The notes: generated by a model from the letters alone, not told the origin. Shown: positions 39,098 to 48,675, numbered from the stretch's first letter. The stretch is 64,000 nucleotides of DNA from Candidatus Hecatella orcuttiae (GCA_002011035.2 MTLY02000002.1:128001-192000), one strand, 5' to 3'. Numbers and translations: made by a program.

Positions 39098-40558
39098 TCA
39101 CCCCATGAAAAGCCATAGGAAGATCATGCTGACGAAGGTCAGAAATACTACTTGAGGGAGAAAGGCCTTCAACGCTGCCTTGCCTTCTGGAAAGTTCTGC
39201 TTGGCGAGGCGGTAGGAGTATTTTATGGAGTAGGCAAGACCCACGGCTAAGACTATGCTTTGCAGGTAGGGAATAACCGCGGGAATCAAGGGGGTCCAAG
39301 GAACATAGAGACCGCTGAAAACATTCCAACCCAAACCAACCGGGTCTAGGAGGGCGTTGACTATATAGGACCAGTTGACCAGCAGAAGGGGGATGCTGAA
39401 GGCTATCCAAGCCATGAGGGCTAGGGGAATCAGCTCGTAGGAGAAGTCTATGAACAGCTTTTTAAGGGGCACAGACCTGACCCCGGAAGCCAGCTTAGAA
39501 GCGCCTGTAAACAGGAAGAAAACGGAGGGTGTGACCGCCAACGATAGGCCCCAAAAGATTCCCACGTAGGGAAGGAACCCTCCGACGCCTGTCAGCGCCC
39601 AACCGTAGGGGGGTGCCCAGAAAACATTGGACCAGTCTTTCAACACACCCCAAGGACCTTGCATTACCAGGATGTAGAGCCCAGCCAACGTCAGCATGAT
39701 GAAAGATTTCCAAGCCTCATCTAAGGCTCTGCCCGTTTTCGCCAGAATATCCCCTCCAAACGAGCGTAGGTTGAGGGCTAGGTTGTTGTAGGGGCAGGTC
39801 TTGATGCATTCGAAGCAGAGGCCGCAGTAGTTGTTCCTCTCCAAGCCTCCTGGGTAGATTATCCAAGGACATCCGTAGCCGTTGTCGTTTCCCCTCACGC
39901 ATTCCTTGGTCATGTGGTTGCGGCAGAGGGTTTTGTCCTTAGGCCTCAGCTCTAAGGCGGAGAACATGGAAAACAACCCCAAGAAGCCGCCCACAGGGCA
40001 GATGAACCTACAGAAAACCCTCCTCGAATATATCAACACCAGAAAAACGGGTACTACAAAAAGAATTAGCAACACTATGGCTGTCACAACTGGCCTGGTT
40101 ACCAAGAGGGCGCTGAAGGTGGCGATGGCTAGGAAGCCTAGGTTCTGAAGCCAGATGTTGTTCAACTTGGAAGGCCAAGGCTTCCTGAGGCTTAGGTACT
40201 TGAACGCGCTACGCTTTTTCACCAGCGCCCGTCTTTCCAGCCACTCTCCGAAGGCGGGGAGGGGGCACATGGTGCACCAGATCCGGGAGAGGAGGGGAAC
40301 CATGAGGACGATGAGGGCGAACCACCAGAGGATCCAGACGAAGACGATGGAGATGTTCCTGTTCCCCACGGGGGAACCGAAGAATCCTGAAAGGATGATA
40401 ACCCAGAAAACGAAAAGGTTAACCATCATGGCAGCGTACTGGAAGGCTCTGTGCTTCAGCAGCCTGTTGATGATGCCTATTTGGAGAAGGTCAAACTTGC
40501 CTCTGTGGAGGATGAGGCTGGAGAAGAAATCTCTAACATGCCACCGAGTTGCCGCCAA
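39098..40558 (-). CDS. Polytopic 4Fe-4S membrane protein (NapH/NosR-like)
   Basis: Two CxxxCP motifs (WCTMCP variant, FCRFICP), C..C..GCP and CGLCFECIKTCP; many TM helices. Confidence 0.88.
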   Translation of the reverse strand: MAATRWHVRDFFSSLILHRGKFDLLQIGIINRLLKHRAFQYAAMMVNLFVFWVIILSGFFGSPVGNRNISIVFVWILWWFALIVLMVPLLSRIWCTMCPLPAFGEWLERRALVKKRSAFKYLSLRKPWPSKLNNIWLQNLGFLAIATFSALLVTRPVVTAIVLLILFVVPVFLVLIYSRRVFCRFICPVGGFLGLFSMFSALELRPKDKTLCRNHMTKECVRGNDNGYGCPWIIYPGGLERNNYCGLCFECIKTCPYNNLALNLRSFGGDILAKTGRALDEAWKSFIMLTLAGLYILVMQGPWGVLKDWSNVFWAPPYGWALTGVGGFLPYVGIFWGLSLAVTPSVFFLFTGASKLASGVRSVPLKKLFIDFSYELIPLALMAWIAFSIPLLLVNWSYIVNALLDPVGLGWNVFSGLYVPWTPLIPAVIPYLQSIVLAVGLAYSIKYSYRLAKQNFPEGKAALKAFLPQVVFLTFVSMIFLWLFMG

Positions 40559-40560
40559 TC

Positions 40561-41019
40561 TCAGTCGCCCCTACGCCAAACGTAGGCCGTCGCAGCTAGA
40601 ACAACCCCCACCAAGCCGAAGGCCGCTCCTAGGAAGGCGATGTTCACTCCGCTGCGCAACACTATGAACTCACCTACCATGAAAGGGTGGAGGGCCCCGC
40701 AAGTTTCGCTGCACCTGATCTTGAACTTTCCAGGGGTATCAGCCACAACAGTCACAGTCTGAGTCTCCCCCGGAATTATCCGCACATCCACATCGTAGCC
40801 GTCGATGTAGAAACCGTGAGTCACATCCACGGTTTCAAGCACAAAGACCACCGTGTCGCCCTGGTTTACCACCACCCTACCGGGCTCGTAGGCAAACTGG
40901 CGGGCGGTGATGTGAACGGTTACTACTTCCCCTCCTGAAGCCGAAGGCGCGTAGAATAAGGCGGCGAAAACGATGAGTAGAGTGAACCATGCTCCGGCGA
41001 GAAGCTGGCGTTTCAACAA
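40561..41019 (-). CDS. Second membrane-anchored CuA cupredoxin
   Basis: DVTHGF...CSETCGALHPFM; N- and C-terminal TM helices; TTG start after GGAGGT. Confidence 0.88.
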   Translation of the reverse strand: MLKRQLLAGAWFTLLIVFAALFYAPSASGGEVVTVHITARQFAYEPGRVVVNQGDTVVFVLETVDVTHGFYIDGYDVDVRIIPGETQTVTVVADTPGKFKIRCSETCGALHPFMVGEFIVLRSGVNIAFLGAAFGLVGVVLAATAYVWRRGD

Positions 41020-41070
41020 GGGAACCTCCCGACATAGACTGACTGCAGGTCTTTTTACGGTGGGAGATTT

Positions 41071-41199
41071 ATAACAATTGTGATATAAATAATTTACGAT
41101 GTATATAGACAGATTTACACCCAATTCATAACAGCAACATCCAACAATCCTTTCGAAAAAAAGCCAAGAATTATATAGCAAAACCATAACAATAGTGAT
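41071..41199. promoter_or_regulatory. Two imperfect palindromic operator-like sites in a divergent promoter
   Basis: ATAACAATTGTGAT (41071-41084) and ATAACAATAGTGAT (41186-41199) next to TATA-like tracts. Confidence 0.5.
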
Positions 41200-41237
41200 G
41201 TTGATCAACCCCAGCCGGTTAAAACGGTGGGAAAAAC

Positions 41238-41639
41238 ATGATTCCCGTCTGCGAACTTTCCATGAGATACGTCATCCCTACCATAAGGGCAGCTCTCACG
41301 GGAAGACTGAGGGAGAAATACCGTCTGAAGCAGGAGGACATATCTAGGCTACTGCGAATAAGACAATCGGCGGTAAGCCAGTATCTCACTGGAAAAAGAG
41401 GCGTTCGGCTGAGGATCCAACGCGACCGGGAGGTCCAAGTCCTCCTAGACAGCATAGCCGGGAGGCTGAAGAGGAGAAATCTCAGTAGCTCTGAGCTGAT
41501 GAGAGAGCTCTGCCGAGCTTGCACGCTCATCCGTTCGAAAAAAATGGTATGCGGGCTACATAAAAGCCTAGATGAAGATGTCCCACCTGACTGCGCTCTT
41601 TGCCTAAGCGGCAAGAGCCTTTGCAACGTGAAAATCTAA
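41238..41639 (+). CDS. HTH transcriptional regulator (COG2522-like) with Cys-rich tail
   Basis: PVCE...VIPTIRA, Q..I...L...QSAVSQYL.GKRG, C..C...C.LH...C..C. Confidence 0.85.
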   Translation: MIPVCELSMRYVIPTIRAALTGRLREKYRLKQEDISRLLRIRQSAVSQYLTGKRGVRLRIQRDREVQVLLDSIAGRLKRRNLSSSELMRELCRACTLIRSKKMVCGLHKSLDEDVPPDCALCLSGKSLCNVKI

Positions 41640-41728
41640 AAGGGCGCCATTTTCTCGGGGAAAGGGAGAGAAGATTACTCTGGTTGTTGATAAGCCATCA
41701 GGGCTGAGGGTTTGGGATTCTTCGAAAG

Positions 41729-41813
41729 TGCGGGGGGAGGGATTTGAACCCTCGAACCCCTTCGGGACAGGATCCTGAATCCTGCGCCTTTGACCATGCT
41801 TGGCGACCCCCGC
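41729..41813 (-). tRNA. tRNA-Leu(CAG)
   Basis: GCGGGGG acceptor stem, CAGGA-TTCAGGA-TCCTG anticodon arm, long variable arm; CCA not encoded. Confidence 0.93.
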
Positions 41814-41857
41814 GACTGTTTTAGGCGGATCAAAAATGTCTTTGAAGGTATTTAGTC

Positions 41858-42178
41858 CTATTCCCAGAGGTCTTCGGGGACTCCGGTTTTTTCGTTCCAG
41901 ACCTTCCTTTCCTTCTCCTCCTTTTCTGCCTCCACCATCAGAAATTTTTTCTCCCCTTTGAGGGGGATGATGAAGTATTCTCGGAGGGTTCCATGTTCGT
42001 CCATCAGGCTGAGCTTCTTTTTCCGGTCGGCTGGCTTCAAGGTTTTCGGATCTAAGTATTTGCAGAGGATGTATCTTCCCTTGGAGTCTAGGCTTCGGAC
42101 CTCCAGCTTCCCCGTTCGGCTTCGGGTTAGAACCGAGGGGGGAAACTCTGACCCAGGTTCCTCAGGCAAAAAAGCCAC
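41858..42178 (-). CDS. Hypothetical protein
   Basis: ORF with normal codon usage, codirectional with its neighbours. Confidence 0.6.
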   Translation of the reverse strand: MAFLPEEPGSEFPPSVLTRSRTGKLEVRSLDSKGRYILCKYLDPKTLKPADRKKKLSLMDEHGTLREYFIIPLKGEKKFLMVEAEKEEKERKVWNEKTGVPEDLWE

Positions 42179-42214
42179 CTTCTGTCTCTCTAGAAGAGAG
42201 GACAGGGGATAAGA

Positions 42215-43144
42215 CTAATAATCTTTCGGGCTGTGGGTGAGTGTTTTTCGGGGAGACCGGAAAAGCCTCTTCACCTTATTTAGGGTTGCTTTCCCCGTTT
42301 TCTCCGGGTTTTCAGGGTTCCACAGCTCCACGATCACCTGCCCGCTGTAGCCTATTGCCTTCAAGGCTTGGATGATGGGCTGGAAGTTTATGCTACCCTG
42401 CCCCGGAGGCTTGTGGCTGTCCCGAAGGCCGTCGTTGTCGTGGAGGTGAACATGGGCCACCAGTCCTTTCAGGTAGGCTTCAATCTGCTGGGAGATGGTT
42501 TCCTCAGGTCTGTCGTCCCCTAGGCTTCGCTGAAAGAGGTAGGCGTGGCCTATGTCCAAGGTTATCTTCATCTCTTCCACCTCCTCCACCAGATGGGCTG
42601 CGTTGGGTAGGCTGTGGAAAAAGAAGTAGCGTACGTGAAGGTTCTCCAAGCATAGGGTTACACCTCTATCTCCAGTGTAGCGGCAGCATTTCTTCAGGTC
42701 TTCCACAAACCGGGCCTCAGCCCTTTTCATGCTGGCCTCCATCTCCGGGACGGGGAAGTATCCGGGGTGCACCGTCAACACCGAGGAGCCGAGGCCTTCG
42801 CATATAGATGCGCATTTCTTCACCAGTTTCAGGGTCAGCCTTCTCAGCTCTTCGTGGCTGCTCCCCATGTTAAGCCCGTAAAAACTGGAATGAACAGAAA
42901 GGGCCGGGAAAGAGCTGAGTGTCCTCTTCAGCTGGGGAAGACTGATCTTCCGCAGGCTTTCGGGGTTGAAATGGGGAGTGTCCAGCACAAGCTCCATACA
43001 CTCAGGCTTGACCTCTGCCAAAAGGCGGAGGGATTCCTCCAGTCTTTCTCTGAGAAACATGTTGGAAGGCAGCCCTATTCGAACGGGCGAAGGCCACGGC
43101 TTCCCGCAGCGCCTCTGAGCAGGGATTGACACCGCTAATTCCAC
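42215..43144 (-). CDS. Sugar phosphate isomerase/epimerase (AP endonuclease 2 TIM barrel)
   Basis: TVHPG, LENL, LDIGHA, HVHLHDN.G..DSH..PG.G.I. Confidence 0.88.
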   Translation of the reverse strand: MELAVSIPAQRRCGKPWPSPVRIGLPSNMFLRERLEESLRLLAEVKPECMELVLDTPHFNPESLRKISLPQLKRTLSSFPALSVHSSFYGLNMGSSHEELRRLTLKLVKKCASICEGLGSSVLTVHPGYFPVPEMEASMKRAEARFVEDLKKCCRYTGDRGVTLCLENLHVRYFFFHSLPNAAHLVEEVEEMKITLDIGHAYLFQRSLGDDRPEETISQQIEAYLKGLVAHVHLHDNDGLRDSHKPPGQGSINFQPIIQALKAIGYSGQVIVELWNPENPEKTGKATLNKVKRLFRSPRKTLTHSPKDY

Positions 43145-44784
43145 ACCATGAAGGTTAGTTCTTTTTTCTCCCCCAGAGGATAGGGGTCATCCCAGCTTGA
43201 CCAGACGAAGGCTTGGACAGTGTAGGTTCCCGGCTTCTCAGGGGTCCATGAGGCTGTGAAGACGCCGGTTTCTCCCGGGGGCAGAAACCCTGCAACCGAG
43301 TTGAGGTGCACAACTCTTCCCCGAGCATCTTTAACCTGAACGATGTAGGTTAACGGCAGACCTCCTGGGGCTAGATTCTTCAATTCTAGGGAGAGGACCA
43401 CCTCGCCGCCCGTCTTTCCGTAGGCTGCCGGAATGCCTTGGGCGGTGGAGGACGTGAAACCTAACGTCTCCGCATGCGGGATTCCCGCTGCTCTGTAAAT
43501 TTCCTTAAGCTCCCCGAAGCTGGGAGCGTTGACTATGGTAACCGCTGAACCCTCCCGGAAAATTTTAACATAGTCTCCTCCCTCCACCCGCCATAAACCC
43601 TCGGACAGTTCTGAGGCTTCCATCAAGCTCAGCATCGTCCGGTAGCCTGCCTGGAACTCTACGGCGTCCTCCTCCGTGTCCCAGAGGAGTTTCCAAACAT
43701 AGCCGTAGCGGTCGCCTTTCTTGTAGACCGCCATCCAGTCTCCACCCCAACCTTCAGAGTATTTTGAAGAATAGGTTACGCTGCCTCCTTTCTCACCCAG
43801 CCTCACCAATCCAACGTTCCAGAACATGACGAAGATAACCGCTTCCCCCAGCTCGTCTTCCCCCAGCAGAACCCACTCCCCATAACCCTCACCCAAGCCG
43901 CCTACTGGAAGAGGCTCCTCCCCGGCTGAGAACTTTTCCGGATGGATCACCTGCTCAGTGGAGGAGGGAGGCCTCTCATAGGCCCGGTTAACCGCCTCCC
44001 AACCTCCCTCCTCTAGGAGGGCTGCGACGAAGTTTATTCCTTCCCAGTAGGGGAAGATTTGGATGAGGATGAAACCCCAAGGCACCCCCGCGCTTCCTCC
44101 TCCACTGGACCCGCCAACGTAGAGGCGGCACTCGCCGTAGAGGCCTTCCTCGCATCTTCTTCCATACTCTGCTTCCACGTATTCCGCATCACCCTCGATG
44201 AGGGCGCTGAGGGCTAGGTTGTCGTCGGTGAGGTTGAATTGAAGCTCAAAAATCTCAGGGAAATACTGGTCGACCAGGCCGTGGGTTAGTTCGTGGGCTA
44301 ACAGCGCCTCCCCAACCTCTGCCCCTGAGTCCACGATGACTATTTCGTCTTTTTCCACATCGTAGAAGCCTAGGACGGCTGAAGTGTAGAAGGAATGGTA
44401 GATTTCCCCCGCGTCCGCTGTCTCGTCCAAGATGTAGAGGGCCACCAACTCTTGGTGAGCCAGCTCTAGGTCTTCTCCGGCTGAAAAGTTGCCCAAATAC
44501 TCTTCAGCCAACTGCGCCCGGTCGATGGTCTTCAAGGGGAGCGCCTGTTTAAACTCAAGTTCTCTGATGTCCTCAACCCGGCTCATAACCTTCTCCACCA
44601 ACTCCTCCAGCTCAGGCTTTGAAGCCTCTGAGGCAGGGCTGCTTTTCCCAGCAGTAGTCTCAGGGGTGGATGCGGACAGATAGCCGTGAGGCGGGGAAAA
44701 AGGAAGCCCTGGGGAGACGAGGAGAAAGGAGATGAATAAAAGGGGGAGGAAAGAAAACCTTCTAACGGTGTCTCCACCGGCCAT
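43135..44784 (-). CDS. Secreted surface protein with zincin HExxH motif (Hvo_1808-like) and C-terminal Ig-like domain
   Basis: Signal peptide, LAHELTHGLVDQ, ALIEGDA, PP.STEQVIHPE. Confidence 0.8.
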   Translation of the reverse strand: MAGGDTVRRFSFLPLLFISFLLVSPGLPFSPPHGYLSASTPETTAGKSSPASEASKPELEELVEKVMSRVEDIRELEFKQALPLKTIDRAQLAEEYLGNFSAGEDLELAHQELVALYILDETADAGEIYHSFYTSAVLGFYDVEKDEIVIVDSGAEVGEALLAHELTHGLVDQYFPEIFELQFNLTDDNLALSALIEGDAEYVEAEYGRRCEEGLYGECRLYVGGSSGGGSAGVPWGFILIQIFPYWEGINFVAALLEEGGWEAVNRAYERPPSSTEQVIHPEKFSAGEEPLPVGGLGEGYGEWVLLGEDELGEAVIFVMFWNVGLVRLGEKGGSVTYSSKYSEGWGGDWMAVYKKGDRYGYVWKLLWDTEEDAVEFQAGYRTMLSLMEASELSEGLWRVEGGDYVKIFREGSAVTIVNAPSFGELKEIYRAAGIPHAETLGFTSSTAQGIPAAYGKTGGEVVLSLELKNLAPGGLPLTYIVQVKDARGRVVHLNSVAGFLPPGETGVFTASWTPEKPGTYTVQAFVWSSWDDPYPLGEKKELTFMVWN

Positions 44785-44791
44785 TTTAAAC

Positions 44792-45958
44792 TTACTCTTT
44801 CCTAGGGCCAGCTGGGCTTTCAGGGGCCACTTCGTCGAAGGTAAGCAGCCTCACATGGCTGGGCTTCTTAACCAACTCCGAAATTCGGTCCCCTATGAGG
44901 CAGGTTACTCCCTTCTCAGCAGCCACGTCGACCAGTCGCTGGGTTATGATGCCGTCGAAGACCACCGTGGTCACGCCGTCGGTTTGAGGAAGCCTCTCCG
45001 CCAGTTCGCTGACGGGCATCTGAGCTACGACCTCCAAGTTTCCGTTGAAAAGACTTGCCTCCAGCGTGCCTTTGAGGTTGTTGATGGCCTCGATGAGCTT
45101 CGGGGAAACGGAAACCCGAGCGTGCTTCAATCTAACCTCTGAAGCCGGAACCTTCTCCTTCAAGGCGGCCAAGATATCTCTGCAGGTAAGCTCTTCCACC
45201 TCCTTTCCCGGGGGGGCTCTGGCCACGTATTTGACGTGGATGGTTTCCAAAAGCTCGCGGAGGATGAGGTCTCCAGCCCTATCCCCGTCGAGGAAGAGGG
45301 TGATTTCCTTTTCGCGGCCGAGCTTGAGGATGGTTTCCGAAACTCTTGCACCCTGAATGGCTACAACGTTCTTTATTCCGCATCTCAGGAGATTGTGGAC
45401 GTCGGCTCTTCCCTCCACGAGGATGATGGACGGAGACTTGTCGATGTCAGGCCCCGCGGGCAGCTGCTCAGGCCCGTAGGTTGTGATCTCCGAAGGCTTC
45501 ATGGCTTCGCCTATTTCCTTCATCAGTTCCTCGGTTTCAGGCATGGCTTCAAAGGCCCATTTTTTCAGCAGGTCTTTGGCCCTTTTTATGATCCGCTTCC
45601 TTTTGAGCTCCCTGACGTCCTCGATTTTCTCAATCCAAACTTTAGCTTCCCGGGGGCCGATCCTGTCCACGCTTTCAATCACAGCTGCCAAGAGGGAGGT
45701 GGAGGCCATGCTGAGGCTGGAGCTCACGGTGATCACGCCGTGGGTTTTGTTGTGCTCGGTCTTCATCTCCACTTCAATCCTTCCAATTCGATTGTTTTTC
45801 TGAAGCTCCCGAAGGTCCAGCTCAGGGCCGAAAAGCCCCTCTGTTTGGCCGAATAGAGCTCCTATGACGTCAGGTTTCTCCACAAGGCCGTTGACTTCAA
45901 ACCTCGCGGTGATGACGTATTTTGCTGTGGGTGCGGCTGACTGACTGGTCATAAACAT
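44792..45958 (-). CDS. dnaG: Archaeal DnaG (TOPRIM, exosome-associated)
   Basis: VEKPDVIGALFGQTEGL, VEGRADV, DGDRAG. Confidence 0.95.
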   Translation of the reverse strand: MFMTSQSAAPTAKYVITARFEVNGLVEKPDVIGALFGQTEGLFGPELDLRELQKNNRIGRIEVEMKTEHNKTHGVITVSSSLSMASTSLLAAVIESVDRIGPREAKVWIEKIEDVRELKRKRIIKRAKDLLKKWAFEAMPETEELMKEIGEAMKPSEITTYGPEQLPAGPDIDKSPSIILVEGRADVHNLLRCGIKNVVAIQGARVSETILKLGREKEITLFLDGDRAGDLILRELLETIHVKYVARAPPGKEVEELTCRDILAALKEKVPASEVRLKHARVSVSPKLIEAINNLKGTLEASLFNGNLEVVAQMPVSELAERLPQTDGVTTVVFDGIITQRLVDVAAEKGVTCLIGDRISELVKKPSHVRLLTFDEVAPESPAGPRKE

Positions 45959-46018
45959 TCATCTCCTATCCCTATTAGGCTGGTTTTCCACCCGCATCGC
46001 GTAGACCAAGGAAAAAGT

Positions 46019-47035
46019 CTATTTCAGCATTTTTAAGGTCGAGTCGGTTGTCTTCATCGATTTTTCCACATCCGCCGACTTCAAAGCCGCTCTGATGGCG
46101 TCGATGTTCTCCGGTATTACGTCGGCCTCTTGGTGGACGGCTTGAAGATAGTGAACTTCGCCGTCGACCACCATTACAGACTCTCTCCAAACGCAGATTT
46201 CATAGATGTCCTGCCTAGGCCGGCCTAGGTCTCTGGCGAAATCGAAGAGGTGGGCGGTGGATATGAGACCCTCGTCCTTGCCTACGAGGAGAACGCGGGG
46301 AGCCCTTTGAAAGGCTTCGATCACGTCTTCACTTTTGACCGGCTGACGGAGGTCTGCGGAAACAGAGTGAACATGCATGTAGGTGTTGGGCACTTTCAAG
46401 GCGACTGTGGTGATGGGCAAGGTGGGCAGAACCGTGTTCACGTCAGGGCCGTGGTGGGAAGGCAGGGTTGTGGGGTCGGGGACGATGGCGTCTATGGGCC
46501 CCCTTTTTATGTCCTCAGGGTCAGCGGCTCTCCGTATGAGGGTTGCCCTGGCTTTCTTAACTCCGAAAACACTGTCCAGAGTATGGAGGGTTCTGCAGAG
46601 TCCTGTGGTGTTGCAGGATACAACCCTGATGGTGTCAGCTCCGTAGGCTTTGTCGTAGTTGCATTGAGCTACAAAGGAGACAGCGGCCACCCGGGCTTTC
46701 TCCCCTCCTTCAAAGACAGCCTTCACCCTCGCCTTCTCGTAGGCAGGCTTGTTTTTCTCGCCAACTCCTCCAGGTGTCGCGTCTACGATGATGTCCACTG
46801 TCTTCAGAAGGTCCTCCACCGTGCCTTCCACCTTGAGGCCGGCTTTTTCAAACTCGCCCACCCCCGCCTCACCCGAGGCATAGAGCGGGTAGCCTTTCTT
46901 CAAGGCCAGCTGGGCTTTGTAGTCGGGTTTGGTTTTGGCAACGCCGACGAGTTTCATATCCGGCTGGAGGGCTACGGCGTCGGCTACCCTCCGCCCTATG
47001 GTTCCGAATCCGTTAACTCCAACTTTTATAACCAT
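46019..47035 (-). CDS. gap: Type II glyceraldehyde-3-phosphate dehydrogenase
   Basis: GFGTIGRRVADAV, VVSCNTTGL, SHHGPDV, PENIDAIRA. Confidence 0.96.
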   Translation of the reverse strand: MVIKVGVNGFGTIGRRVADAVALQPDMKLVGVAKTKPDYKAQLALKKGYPLYASGEAGVGEFEKAGLKVEGTVEDLLKTVDIIVDATPGGVGEKNKPAYEKARVKAVFEGGEKARVAAVSFVAQCNYDKAYGADTIRVVSCNTTGLCRTLHTLDSVFGVKKARATLIRRAADPEDIKRGPIDAIVPDPTTLPSHHGPDVNTVLPTLPITTVALKVPNTYMHVHSVSADLRQPVKSEDVIEAFQRAPRVLLVGKDEGLISTAHLFDFARDLGRPRQDIYEICVWRESVMVVDGEVHYLQAVHQEADVIPENIDAIRAALKSADVEKSMKTTDSTLKMLK

Positions 47036-47061
47036 GAAACATTCAACCTCCTAAATTCTTA

Positions 47062-47514
47062 CTATATATTTACAGTCGCCCTTTTAATGTTTTCAACGTA
47101 GGCAGCCAGACCTTCTACGTCCTTGACATCCCCTGAAAGGAGGCCTTTCAGCTTCAGCCAAAAGGTGAGGTTGGGGGCTTTACCGTGATGTTCAAGGTAG
47201 TGGGTCATTTTCCCAGCCAGCTGAGTGCCTCTCCTGTCGAAGTCGGTGAGGATGATGAGCTCCCTTTCCATCTTCAAAAGTTCATGGAACACGTCGTAGA
47301 GGGGGATCCTCCGGGTTTTCACGGAGAAGATCTCCCCCTTCACCCCCAAACTTCGGAGGGCATGGACGTCCTTGGAGCCCTCAACCACGATGACGGCTCC
47401 CTCCCGGCTTTTATCCACTATTTTCTCCACTAAGACGGCTAATTTTTCGGCTTTTTCCTGAAGGGAGCTGCTTAAAGGCCTTTTTCCACTGTTTTTCCTG
47501 TCCAAGAGAACCAA
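47062..47514 (-). CDS. Small TOPRIM-domain protein
   Basis: VVEG.KD..AL and ILTDFDRRG. Confidence 0.88.
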   Translation of the reverse strand: MVLLDRKNSGKRPLSSSLQEKAEKLAVLVEKIVDKSREGAVIVVEGSKDVHALRSLGVKGEIFSVKTRRIPLYDVFHELLKMERELIILTDFDRRGTQLAGKMTHYLEHHGKAPNLTFWLKLKGLLSGDVKDVEGLAAYVENIKRATVNI

Positions 47515-47554
47515 CCTAGGCGGACGGGTGGGAGGATAGTCCCTCCCCTTGCTG

Positions 47555-48675
47555 TTATCTGAAGGCTTTCTCCAACTCCACCATTCTTTGAAGGAGGTCC
47601 TCCTTTCCTTTAAAATGTCTTCTGACAGGCTCTAGGATTTTGATGAGGGCTTCTGCAACCCCGTTCTTGAGGTCAAGGGGGTGAATCTTTCCCGCGGCGT
47701 AGAGGGCCTCCAGCTGAGGGTAGCCTTCCACGTCCACGGGGCCTCCGAATTTTTCCTTCCTTTCTAGGCGAAGAACCTTCTGCTTGGCAAAGACCACATA
47801 CCGGGCTATTTCCATGACAGGGTTACCGGCAGCCTGCTTGGGGGGGCAGTAGGCTTCCATGAGCTTGGCCCTTATGTCCTCCGGGGAGTCGTGGATGTAG
47901 ATGCAGCTTCTGGGGATGCTTTTCGACATCTTGGAGCTGATCTGGAGGTTTAACGCCTCATCCTCATCGTACACGCCGCCCATTCTGCTGGAGGGCCCGG
48001 CTAAGCTGGGAAGCAGATGGGTGTGAAGGCACACAGGCTTTTTCAAGTGCAGCTTCTCAGCCACATCCCTCGCCAGCATGTGGGCTTTCCGCTGGTCCAG
48101 TCCAGCGCAGGCGCAGTCCACACCTAGCTCGAAGATGTCAGCCACCTGCATGGAAGGATAGATCAAAGAAGCCGCGTCCACGTCCGCAGGGTTCAACGCT
48201 CTGCCCATGATGGGAAGACAGCGGATCACCCTAGAAAGAGTGGCTTTCTTGGCTACGCGGAGAACGTTCTCCCAGTAGCGTTCCCTAGCCACCAGCTCTG
48301 AAGCCCAGAGGAACCTAACCCGGCTGGGAGTTAGCCCCAAGGCTGCGAATCCTTCTTTCAAGTAGGCGCCGCAGAGGCGGATGTTCTCCATGACCCCTCC
48401 GAGTTTGTTGTTGATCCAAGCATGCCAGTCGGCTAGGAAGATGGTGAAGTCGAAGCCGGCCTCCACCATGTCCGCTATCTTCGCCCCGCAGAGGAAGCCT
48501 GTGCCCAAATGCATTAATCCGGGCGGGGCTGTCGCAGCCGCCGCTGTCCGGAAGGCTCGAACCCCCAGTAGGCTTTGGGATGCTTTTCAGCCTCCAGCAA
48601 CTGGCGGAGTTCGCTGCGGGTGACGATTTCCTCGAGGTCCTTTTCCACAAGCATCAGCTTTTCTTCAATATCCAC
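47555..48675 (-). CDS. tyrS: Tyrosyl-tRNA synthetase, interrupted (exon 1 about 48675-48546, exon 2 48516-47555)
   Basis: AYWGFEPSG | LMHLG HIGH region split across frames; YPSMQVADI, GLDQRKAH, KMSKS, HPLDLK. Confidence 0.93.
48517..48545 (-). other. Putative 29-nt bulge-helix-bulge mRNA intron in tyrS
   Basis: TT-CCGG-ACA-[GCGGCGGCTGCGACAGCCCCGC hairpin]-CCGG-ATT-AA; cutting after the second nt of each bulge gives TCC GGA CTA ATG CAT (SGLMH) in frame. Confidence 0.8.

Noticed and set aside
38689-41019. Heme-copper terminal oxidase operon
   Set aside because: Only subunit-II-like CuA domains are present. The large membrane protein has Fe-S Cys motifs, not the His ligands of subunit I.
41020-41208. 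N-terminal extension of the 40561 cupredoxin ORF
   Set aside because: It is AT-rich promoter sequence; the GGAGGT RBS supports a TTG start near 41019.
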